A DNA stretch of 64,000 nucleotides, taken from positions 36,024,001 to 36,088,000 of the forward strand of contig CM052816.1 of assembly GCA_028534125.1 (NCBI GenBank), read 5' to 3'. Origin of the DNA: Lama glama (Eukaryota). The position numbers were made by a program, and so were the translations under genes. Below, in pieces: positions 1 to 11,164 of the stretch. Position 1 is the stretch's first letter. Each line of letters starts with the position of its first letter. The notes beneath the pieces are model-generated. The model had not been told where the DNA came from. It made no database searches and was given only the letters and a program-made list of their open reading frames with translations.

Positions 1-29
1 TGCTTTTTTAAAATTACTACTTTCAGACA

Positions 30-245
30 GTATAGCAAATTAAGAGTGAGGTGAGTGTGTATATGTCCAAAAAAAAAAAAAAGAGTGAGGGCTCTGGAGT
101 CAGATACTCTAAGACTCAGTTTCCTTATCTGTAAAATGGGGCTAATCACGATCCTACTTCATCATACACTGTGAAGATGTGAGGCTGTGCCTGTAAAGCT
201 CTTAAAATGCTTGGCACACATTTACTCCACACATGGTTAGGTAAT
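30..245 (+). mobile_element. MIR SINE, interrupted near its 5' end by a micro-insertion
   Basis: ggctctggagtcaga and ctcagtttccttatctgtaaaatggggctaat are MIR head and core motifs. Confidence 0.8.
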
Positions 246-923
246 ATTATTCCTTTATTTTAACTGGGATTTGTGTAGGGAGGGAGTTGTGTATTTGGTA
301 GGGGAAACTGTAAAGAAAAGGACTTTCCTGGTGCTTTCTAGCTCATGGACAGCAATGGCCGTGAGTGACTCCCTGGAAGACTTGTGTCTCCTGTAACCTT
401 AAAACCCTGTGACAGCATTAAATCACTTTTTTGTCCTAAATAAGGATAGTTATCATTTAGTTTTTTTAAAAATATGTTTTCATTTATTGAGGTCAGTGCA
501 TTTGTGTCGAACAATTGAAACCTGACAAGAAAAATCAAGGGTAGCCTGGGCACTGCTCAATTATTACTCTGATCAGATTTTAATTAGCCCCAGATGTAGA
601 AGGAAGTGCTATTTTTATTATCCATTACCGTGCGCTTGCTTACATATTTACCCTGAGGATACGAGGGTTTTATTAATTATTTCTGTTGGCAACCAAGACA
701 GTAGTTTTGACTTCTGAATTGAAATTTGCCAACCTGTTTCAACACTAAGAACCACTGTAAAAAATGAGCAGTGCTATTGACTAAACGGGAACAAATTTCT
801 ACAAACTAGAGTAAGTCGTTGTTGGGATGAGGTCAGCCTTACCTCTTATTCACCTTATTTCAGACCCCATCGCTTACAGATTATTTTTTTAATCCATTAA
901 AATTACTTTTTGACTTTGAGGAC

Positions 924-1004
924 TTTTTTTTCCCCCGTCTTTATTGAGGTATAATTGACCAATAGAATTATAAGATATTTAAAGTGTCCATTGTGATGAG
1001 TTAA
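924..1004 (-). mobile_element. Short L1 3'-end fragment with degenerate TSD
   Basis: T-run + ctttattgaggtataattgac...gatatttaaagtgt is a reverse-complemented L1M 3' terminus. Flanked by tttgaggacttt (915-926) and tttgaggccttt (1005-1016). Confidence 0.7.
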
Positions 1005-2952
1005 TTTGAGGCCTTTGAATCGATACAAATTGTCATCATGTATTTGCGTCTCTTTTAGTGTAGTATACCTTCCTGACCAAATGGTTAGCGTTGCTTAACT
1101 ATGTGTTTTTGGAACAGCCTGAGAGAAGTATAAAAACTTCCATGAATAAAATGAAGGTTTTGTTTTAGAAAGCAAACTAATGAAGTATGAGCAAGCCTAA
1201 TGACAATAGTAAATGGGAGTATGAAAAAAAATTCAGTCCTTTTACAAAAATAATTAAATACTGAGGGACGTCTATTGGTTCCAGAAGTAAACTCAGGTCA
1301 CCCTGTCTCAGTTACTGAGACTGATGAGCTCCAGTTGGTATGTTTATTCCTTTGCCCCTGCCAGTTTTTGGCATTTTTTAATGCTGTCTAGAAGTTTGCA
1401 ACTTTCTTGCAATATATTTCTTCCTGTCTGACTTTTACGACTTCCCCCATAAAATGTATTGGTTGTCTGAGTCTCACAAATCCTAAACTACTTAATGGCG
1501 GTGGCTGCATCCATTATGCTGTTCTGTGTGTTTGTGTGTTTTTTCTCAGACATCTGTGTAGATAGCTTCTGAAATTTACAAAACCTTTGTGACTAATCCC
1601 ACAGGTTGACCTGAGCAGGGGCAGTGTTTGTTGCTGCTAATTACATAGGGCAAACCTTTGGGAAATAGGCCCTTTGTTAATGATGAATCTGAGCAAGCAA
1701 CTAAACATTCCTGAATAATGCGGAGAATATTGCTCACTTAGGTTCTTTCTGCCTGTGGATCCCTGCCTGCCTCTTCTTTCTCTGTAGAGGTCTAGCCACT
1801 GTGCTTGATGTGCATATTAATTGGTGGACAAGGAAGAGAAGGGAGAACTTTTTGGCAACAGGGCAGACAAACAGCTGCATGATAAGGCACCTGTGGATTA
1901 TTAGGTATAGCATAATGAGTAGTAGTGCTGTCAGGGCATTATATATTTATCAGTGTTTTTTGTCAGGCTCTTTCCTTCCTAGAGCTTGAAAACCTGCTCC
2001 TAGATTGCAGTGGTTATCACTAAAAATGGCCAGAAATCCCACTGCTAGCAATCAGTTATGCTACTTCTAAATATAGCCTCTGATTGATAGCTTCTTAAAG
2101 TGAGTTTCAAAACCAAGGGGAACTCTCTTTAGACTAGGTATGTATTTGATTTAGGGAATATTGATTTACATAATTAGGAAATAAAGTATTATATGATTAA
2201 AGGTCTAGAGACATTTACTCTTACCTAACTTAAAAAAATAATACCATTCATATATCGTGGCCGGGATGAGTCACCTAAGAACTGATAAAAGACATTTTCA
2301 CATCTTGAGATATAGGGAAGTCGTTTGCTTATACATGAATTAACTTCAATTTTATGCTAAGTAAAATAGCCTGCTTGTGGCTTATCGAACATACATTGTA
2401 CGTCTGCTTTAATTGTTTAAAAAAAAAAGGGCACATTGACTAGAAGTAAATAATTTAAAAATAAAGATGAAATGCCCCTTTTCCTGGGACACCGGTGCTG
2501 GGACTCTTTTGATGGTAAGACTTCTGCCCCAGGTGCCAAGGCCATGCTGTATGTGCTGTACATGTACGTGCTTGTCTTTTTTTTTGTTTTTCAGACCTTG
2601 AAGAAATGTATCTCTGACTTGTTTAATGTTCTTTATTCTGACAAGATATAAAACTGCTGAAAACCATGCTTTTCTAGAGCAGTTTCTCAGTAATCTGGGA
2701 AGCAGGCTTCTGGGCTCATCTTCACTTTGGCTCAGATAAAACTCTATCCTATTCTTATTATTGATTGTTTATTGATTATTTTTATCAACAGAACCATCCT
2801 GTAAAAAGAAACCAGTACAGCTAGAAATCAGTCAAGAGAACCCAATAGACAACCTTGAGAACCTTTCACTCGGTAGCATGGTTATTGCTATCAGCTCCAC
2901 CCTAAAGAAAGTAGGATTATATAGTGAAAAGAAAGGATTTATAACATGTATC

Positions 2953-3107
2953 GGAAGGGAGCAGGAGGAGTAAATTAGGAGTTTGGGATTAGCAAATACA
3001 TACAGTTATATATGAAATAGATAACAGAGACCTACTGTAAAGCACAGGGAACTGTATTCATTATCTTGTAATAACCTATAGTGGAAAAGAATCTGACAAA
3101 GAATATG

Positions 3108-3155
<48 letters not shown>

Positions 3156-3184
3156 TACATTTACATATACTTCAGTTAAAAAAA
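2953..3184 (+). mobile_element. L1 3' UTR fragment (cetartiodactyl/laurasiatherian type)
   Basis: aaattaggagtttgggattagcaaataca...cctactgtaaagcacagggaactgtattcattatcttgtaataacctata...tatacttcagttaaaaaaa are typical L1 3' UTR motifs ending in an A-tail. Confidence 0.85.
3111..3150. repeat. (AC)20 microsatellite inside the L1 3' UTR
   Basis: Perfect AC run followed by ATAC repeats. Confidence 0.97.
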
Positions 3185-6100
3185 CTTGCCTGAAAATGAG
3201 AAAGGCTTATAGTTATACCAGTTGTTTTTCTATACTAGAAAGGAAATTAATTTCCAGTGCAGTAAAATAAACAGTGTGTATATGGGAAGATATGTCTTCT
3301 GGAAGGAAGACATCAAACCATTTCATGAAGGAGTCAGGATATAATATAAGCCTAAAGGAATATGCTTTGTTATATATGATAACATGGTTTGGATGTTCCT
3401 CTGTGAGTATTTCTGTGCATGTGTGTATGTGTGTGTGAGAAATTACAGATTTTAAAGGCAGCTAAATGTACTAAGAGTAGAGTATTTCTTTAAGGAGTTA
3501 GACTCAAAAAATCCTGACACATAAAATTCTAGGAATTGGAGTTGGTGGAAAGGTAATGAAATATTCCCCCTCTCCCCCAGATTCTTCTCAGATACTCTCA
3601 TTGAACTGATCATTTGCATTTATTTTATAGTTAATTAAACCAGAGGGGAGAAAGAGCAGGAATGGAAAGGTCTGTTTTGAAACTCTAAACAAGCCAGTTG
3701 AAGGCTTTGTAAACAGCACCGATCCCTGTTTCATGAGGGAGTTAAGAAAATTGAGGTTTACATATTTCCGTTCTCAGTATTGTGTACTCTGTTTTGCTCT
3801 CAAGAGTGTAGTTCTTTTAAAAACTCTCAAGCCACCCTGGTATCTTCCATCTCATGTTTTATTGATTTTCAAACTATACCATTTCAACAGGTGCCATGCT
3901 GTGAAAAACATGAACACAGTTTGAAACTCACTCTTGTAAAATATTTTGACATTAGACATCTTAAAAGGGTCTGGGAAGTGTTGATATTAATTAACAACAT
4001 CCCATTGCTCCAGAAACAATTCAGCCTGGGTATTTTGAGGCCCTGAAGTAGTGTAATCTTAGGTAGAACAATCCAAAGGGCTATCTCACTTGGGGGTCGT
4101 ACAAGTAGGGTATTCTCATGGGTAATATGTACTAAGGTTGCAGATACCCTAGAAAAGTCTGTCTTCTAACGTGTAAGTCCTGTGCGAGGTTACAGTGCTG
4201 TTGACAGAATCATTGAGCAGCCCTCAAAATTACACTGGCTTTTCAGGCTCTGCTCCCTTTTTAGCAGTGCATCAGGTTAAAATACCTTCTGAAGCACTTT
4301 GAAAATATTGTGCTCCTGAAGACTTTAAAACTCTCCTGACATTTTTCTCCCAGGAGCTCACCAAATCCTTTGACATGCACAGGAGTAGCATTTTGTTTCT
4401 CTTGAGTTCCTTGGAAAGTTAGCATAAACCCCCATCTTTCGCCAAAACCCTTAAGTTTGCTCTGCTGGATTTTCATAGGGCATCCCTGAGCACTGCCGAC
4501 CATCTGCTGTTTCACACCCAGCTACCCGAGGTCATTGATACCGATAGCTGGGTAGGTGTGAAGTCTGTGAAATGATTAGCCACCTCACAAGAGTGGGGAG
4601 AGGTAGCAACAGTACCTGTTGGAAAAGATCATGTGTGTTAATTCACAAAGACAAATTAATTATTAACATTTAATACTGTATAACTTACAGGGAGGACGAA
4701 AGAGATTGTTCATTCACTGTGCCACTGTGACACCTTTGTTCAACAGGGGACGTGTTGCAAATGCCGCTAGTAGTAACCCAATGATGCATCCTTTAACAGC
4801 TTATTAGTAGTCATTTCCCAGTCAAGTAAATATCTTAGCCCAGAAGTTTACTTTGGTAAGGTGCAGTCAGAGCATAGAAGCAGGAAGTAACCTTAAATTG
4901 TGCAATCACTATGGGGCAGAATTCTTCTAAGAGACAGTGATTTTTGTGGGAATGTAATAGCCCTTGAATGTTGAAGCCTGGACAGTTACAAGTTGCCACA
5001 ATTTGTCCTTTCACTTAGAGTGGCCTTGAATAGTCACGGGTCACATCTACTTTGTCCTTGATCTTTGTGGCTTCTCCTTGTTTCCTATGGCTGGCAGGTT
5101 CACCAGCATCATTCTGGAGTAGTTGTGGTCTTCCCTCTGCCTTTAGAATGAGTGACTTGGCTGGAACCTGGTGGCCTGGTATCAGTAATTTTCATTCCCA
5201 AGCAGATAGAAGAAGATAGAAGTGGTATTCCCTAAACTAGTCAATATTTGATACCATCAGGCCTGCCATTGCATAACAAGGTTGATGACCTGAGACATTC
5301 TCTCCAGCATGTTAAAGCCATCCCAGAATGTTGTAGGTGTGAGAGTTGCAGCTGAGCCACGCTTCACTGCCATCGCAGCGATGCATGGTTGCAAGATAAA
5401 ACCTCCCTGTATTGTATTTAATCATGCTTGGAAGAAAACTCAACAAGGGTTTCAGCCCCTCTGGGAAATTTTTACATTCAAAATTGGAATTCAGACTGTC
5501 TGAAATCCTTGAAAACTCTATCCTGGCTGTGCTGATGAATATTTCTTAAAGTAGAAGGCAATCTGTAAGATATTATTGATTACATGGCAAGCTCAGAGAG
5601 GTGACAAAGACAGAGGTTCTTTGGCAGGAAATACAAACTTACACAGCTACTGCAGCCAGGCAGAGACCCAAGTGAGAAAATCAGGCCTGGTGTTCAAGCT
5701 TGGTGAGTAAAGACCGTGTGGAAAGGGGTGGCTGCTCACCCGTTCTAGCAAAATATTTTCATGGAGGAAGAATATGGAACCAATGATGCCAGATCTCCGA
5801 ATTTTTCACCAGAAGGCAGAAGTCTGTACTGTATATGAAATCTTTGGATTTCTAAATATTGGTTCAGAGTTTTCTGAAACACTGTGTTGGCTAAAACGTA
5901 TACATATGGAGCTGAAGGTGGCCCATAGGCCACCAGGTTACAATCTGCCTCCTATGGTGATTTATATCTAAGCCATATCAGTGACTCATTAACTACATGG
6001 ATGTTAAAGTCAGATGAAAATAAAAGTGTTAATGAATTAAAATATTGAATCAAAACCTGTTCTGGAGCTGGAAGAGTGTGTCATGAGATGACATCCATCC

Positions 6101-8014
6101 CACATCAAATTATAGATGGCTGAGCTAATTGTATTTTTAGAGTCATTGAACTCTGAGAATCGGGTCTAAGATAGCCACCATTCTGGACTTTGGGCATAGT
6201 TCTGTCAGCCACTCCAGTGAGCTGTAGTTAACATTATCATGAGACAGTGTCCCTAGTAATAGCCTAGAGAAAACAGCCTATTTGTCATTGGTGAAGACAT
6301 CTAGCTGTTCTCAGTGTATGTATGCAAATCAGAATCAGTGGACTCCAGTGGAATCTGTGAGAAGCTGAGTGCTATCATTTTGGGGAATTGAATAATAAGA
6401 ACAAAGAAGATGAATAAAATAAGTACTTTAGGCTCAAACTCCACTTAGTTCAGTAGAGCCAGACTGCTACAAACCAGGCCTGGAAGGTAGCATTTGGGAA
6501 TGACATGGCTTCCTTGAGCCAAGATTGGAGTTGTATAGAGTGTAAGTTCCAGAGGCAAAGTTTCATAGTGTGAGCTGTACAAAGGCTACAACTTCAAGCT
6601 AGAGCTCCATCAGTAACAACGTCTTGGAAGAGGGCAGAGTTGTTTACAGAAAAACAGAGGTTAGGATCCCTGGAATGAGTCGGAGCAATACCAGGAGGTA
6701 ATGTGTAGGTGAATGAAGGGGTCAAGCAGGTGCGGGGGAGGGTAGAGGTGGAGGGGACTCCATTTACAGTGTTGAGATTCCTGTAGGGGCTAAGAATATC
6801 AAAGGTTTATTCAAATATCCTGCAGCCTTTTCATCAGCTCGACATTTGCGTCCCTTGGTCCTACCAGCTTTATTTCAGCAGTGAGTATGCTCATATGACC
6901 TAGCTGGCTCAAGTTACTGATTGCTATCTGTTTGTCATTCTAGCTCTCTTACCTCCCACATGAGTTGTCCCCTTTTTGGTGCAAATAAGCTGTCAGGGCG
7001 GGCCTGGCTTGATCTCTGTGCTGCAGATGTCTCTAATTAACTTGATTGAGACAGGTCCCTGGGATCCTGTTGCACAGTCTGACAAGTCCCCTGTCCCAGG
7101 AGGCACTGTCCCGTCACCTGATGCATTCTTCTTGCTAACATCCTCTGAGGAAAGTTTGTGAAAGAGTAAAGTCTTCAAGTGACCGTGCTTTTAATATGAA
7201 AGCTGTGGAGTGATGGTTGTTAAATAAGCAACTGAGAAATGTAAAATGTATCTCATGTTCTCCTTTAGGGGCTGAGAAACAAAATCTCCAGGGACCTTTA
7301 CTAACTTCTAGTGTGTTAACATCTAAGATGTTAACATTTTCATTGTTACTAATACTACTAACATTATTTGTCCTGGCTGAGAGGAACCTGGTCTTAACTC
7401 ATTGCAAGCGTGACCCTCAGATGACAGTGATAAAACAGTGTTTGGAAGTACTGGTTTGACTAATTCTGAGATCTGCAAGATGTCCGTTACTGCAGGTGAA
7501 ACCAGCCTCTGGCACTGTGAAAACTGGAGTTGTTTTGATTGCCCTCAACATCTACATTTATTCTCATTTTTTTCTGAAGTCATAACTTAATTACATTTTA
7601 TATTTTGCCTATGTGGTTTTGCGCACATACGTATGTGTTTTCTGTAAAGAGCTATAGCGTTTTCTGCAATTTCCGGAACTTCTTGTGTATCACTTCAGAC
7701 TTGGGGCTCTTTATTTGGACTCTCTGCATGGATATCTTACAGCAGTTATTTCTAAAATATCCTGACACAGAAGTCACTTATTGGATGTGGAAAAGAATAA
7801 TAGGGAAATCTTCAACTATGTATAAGAACTACTATATGTAGAGTATTAATGTCTTCATTGTCCTTATAACTATAATGACAGGCTGTAGAGGAAATTACTG
7901 AGTTCTTAGATGCTTAAATTCTGCTTTCGTTCGTTACCATTTACATCTGAACTGATCACCAAATATATCCCTTTGGCACTTTTTGGTGGAAGTCGCACTG
8001 TTTTGGATCACAAA

Positions 8015-8712
8015 TACTGAACGGAACTTGAATCTACTACCCCGAAGGGCAGCAAAGCCGATGATCTATGACACCGGGTTGTGGTGAAGGAAATTACAGC
8101 AATCATTGCAGGGCATCAAGCAAGGAGAACTGGCAGCTAGTGCTCAGAAGACCTGAACTCCCCAGTGGCTCTTAGGCAAGTGTTTTCAAAGGCACCATTA
8201 GGGATGAAGAGGGCAGGGTGTGTGATCAGCTCACAGACGTTTTTCTGATAGGTTGGTGGTGAAGTAACAGGGTGATATTTTGGGATTCTTCATCCTCAAC
8301 CTTCTAATTCTGACCAGTCTGGGGTCTGTGTGGTTGTGGTCAGCGCAGAGTCACCATACTCCACCAGGTGGGTGTCATGGTTTCTGCAGAACAACTCAGA
8401 GATATGCATCAGATTGTTATCTGTATCCCTTCAGGAGGGACAGGAGTCCTGTAGCTCTGTTGTCCTAACCATTAACTGCTTGAGCCTGCGCTTTGGAGCT
8501 CCGGGAAGGCCAAACCAGAAGCGAGGGGCACTGAGGGGCTTGTACCTGGGAAGGCTCCACAGGGTCCTGCTTGGTTTCAGTCCCCTGTTTTCTTTGATAC
8601 CCCTCAATCCTGAGGGGACTTGGGGAGGGACAAGGAGAGGAATATAGTTTTGGGTATTAATGTTAATTGTAAACTCAGCAGGGGAACTCGGTTTTAGGGG
8701 GACTGGATTTCA
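8015..8712 (-). mobile_element. Solo ERV1-class LTR (laurasiatherian type), antisense to EFNA5
   Basis: gcagcaaagcc...gacaccgggttgtggtgaaggaa...caagcaaggagaa...ctgataggttggtggtgaagtaacagg...ccagtctggggtct...cagggtcctgcttggtttca. Ends in ...atttca, which is the TG start on the minus strand. Exact family not determined. Confidence 0.78.
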
Positions 8713-8994
8713 TGACCGCAGTCCATCGTCTGGCATCGCTAAGCAACATGGCCTTGCCTTACCTATGATTTTGCAATGGACTAACCTGTCAGTAGAAGTA
8801 GTTCACTTATCAGATTCATTTGGAGGACTGTTGTTTTTATCCTCTACTGACTAGTATGGATTTGTAGACCACATACCCCAAAATGAAGGGCAAAGAAAAG
8901 ATGAAGACAAGGCCTTATCAATGGCAATGACCATGCCCCAGATTTAGAAAAGATAATCTTTATAAATATATGTTTCATGTGTAATAATGTTCCC

Positions 8995-9400
8995 AGTCCT
9001 GAAGAATTGGATGAGTTCTTTGTGGGCTCTGAAGGTGGGGGAAGCTTTATAGAGGCACTCAGCCCCTGAAAGAGTGAGGGAGTGGAAGTCAAAGGAAGAA
9101 TCAACAGAGGCCTAAGATGGGAGTTCACAGGGCAGGTGAGAAGACCAGGTTGGCAGAGGAGCCTAAGACTTGAGGTTGGATAGGTTCCATGGTGCCAAAG
9201 CATGGAGGATGTGAAGGAGCCAGCACAAGTTACATTTGCTCTTATAGAAGAGGAAGCCCTGGGAGGGGAAACTGGAAAAGAGTAAGAAGCCCAGAGGGAG
9301 GGAATGATGGTAACCTGTGGCAGTAAGGCCTGTGTCACCCTGTGGTATTTGAGAAGATTCTGATACCTCTGAGCAGGATTTAGTAGATGAGCTTGTGTAG
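8995..9400 (-). mobile_element. Degenerate L2 fragment
   Basis: Purine-rich motifs (ggaagctttatagagg...tgaaagagtgagg; catggaggatgtgaaggagccag...ggaagccctgg) resemble the reverse complement of the L2 3' region. Confidence 0.5.
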
Positions 9401-11001
9401 AAGAACAGAGACCAAAAAAAAAAAAAGAGAGACATTTTTCTCCTGATTCATTTAATCATTCTTGTGGCCATGTCTATCAAAGAGTAGAGAATAGAGGAAT
9501 GAAATTTCAAAATGTTCATTTTACTTATTATTAGTAATGTTAAGCTTTGATGAATGAGAGGGGAGGATTTATGGATTGTTGAAGGGACTGCTAACATCGA
9601 GGGTGGTTACGGAATTTAGAGGCACATTTTAAACTTCCATCTATGCATCATTAGGAGAAAACATTAGTGATTGACTGATTCTATCAGCTTCTCTCTTCGG
9701 TCCTCCAATTTTAATCAAGTAAGACCGAGACAGGCATTAATGGTTTATCTGCTATTATACCCTCTCCCTGGTCAAGTCTCAGTGCTGACATGCATATGGT
9801 AATTGGAGATTAGTCATTTCCTGGGATACACTTCATCATCCTTAGAAGCCATACAATGATGATTGGGTGTCATTTGCTTTTGGTCCAGCTTGGAGGCTTA
9901 AAACTGCATCTCTGGCTGTTCAGATAAGCCTTGTTCAGGACTGGTTGGCAGCCCCAGGAGCAGCAAGTTGTGGTCCCAGGACCCCTACTACAGCCATTTT
10001 TCAGGATCAAGAGCAGACGGCCAGAGAGTGCTGGCAGTGACCCCGATGGGGTCATCCTTACAGGGAAGGAGAGGCTCCTCCCGCCGTAGGTGTGCTTCTG
10101 AGTTTTAGAGCCCCTCCTAATGAATTTCAGACTGAGAATCTCATTCTCCTAGAACTATCACTTGAGAATCAGAGTAATTATTTCCTATTGCCCTTTGTGG
10201 AATACAGTTATAATTGCATTACTGTTAACGGTGTTCGCATTAACACTTAATTGTTAATGTCCTCCTAATTTGGAGGAAATCGTCACCTCTTCATATTTCA
10301 TTGCCAGAAAGAGTTGTTAAACTCAAAGAGGATAATTTGAAGCTTCAAAATAGAGAAATGAGAAATGATGCTGGAATTCAGAGGCAGCATGTGGGCAATG
10401 ACTTCTCTTTCCGGGGTGTGTGTGTTTACTTTTAAGGTATTATACGTCTGCTTCATTTTGAAGTTCAGCCACAGTGCACAGTCGATTGCTGAAAAGTAAC
10501 AGGGATTCCTGTATGGCGTGGCAGTGGCTCTGGGGTTCATGCTAGGAAAAGGGCAGAAACTTTCTCTCATAGCTGGCGTCCGGTTTGAGTGTTGAAAGAC
10601 ACATTAACAAGAAAAGAAAGACGCCACTGTGGTGAGGTCAGCCAGACGGTGGTGGGCTACAGGCCTTGACTTTCAGATGACTGTGAACTTCTTCCTTTAC
10701 AACACACTGAGCTGCCTGTTGTTCACAACCAAGAGACTCCTTGGCTTAGCTCTGCAGCAGGAAACTGAAATATTTTGAGAAGTCTTTATTCAGCCTTGCA
10801 AAAAAAAAAGAGAGAGCGAGAGAGAGAAAGAGGAAATACCAGAATTTTATCAGTCTTTGAATTTCTTAAGGGGAATATTGTTTGGGGCATTTGAGGATCT
10901 ACACCCCAAACAATCTGGACCAAACATTTATGTGAACGTAAGCCGGGCGCCTCTATGACACTGGATGGAAAGAACTTTCTTAGGGGCTGGAAAGAGGATT
11001 A

Positions 11002-11164
11002 ACAGGCTGGGTGGATGTTCAGCCTGGGCGATCACACAGGGCCTGATGCTTGATAAAATGTTACACTGCTACTGACTGGAAGTTACTAGTAATTTTTTTT
11101 AACACGGGGGTCCCACATTTTCATTTTGCGCTGGGCCCTGCAAATCACGTAGTTGGTTGGACTG
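11002..11164. mobile_element. hAT DNA transposon remnant, MER91A-like
   Basis: cacacagggcc...taattttttttaacacgggggtcccacattttcattttgcgctgggccctgcaaatcacgtag matches the recalled MER91A consensus. Confidence 0.72.

Noticed and set aside
6718..6757. Possible G-quadruplex
   Set aside because: Four G-runs, but two loops are 10-12 nt; weak and common.
8844..9338. Longest ORF in the window (164 aa, minus strand)
   Set aside because: Ser/Pro/Leu-rich, non-ATG start, overlaps a degenerate L2-like purine-rich tract, and has no recognisable domain.
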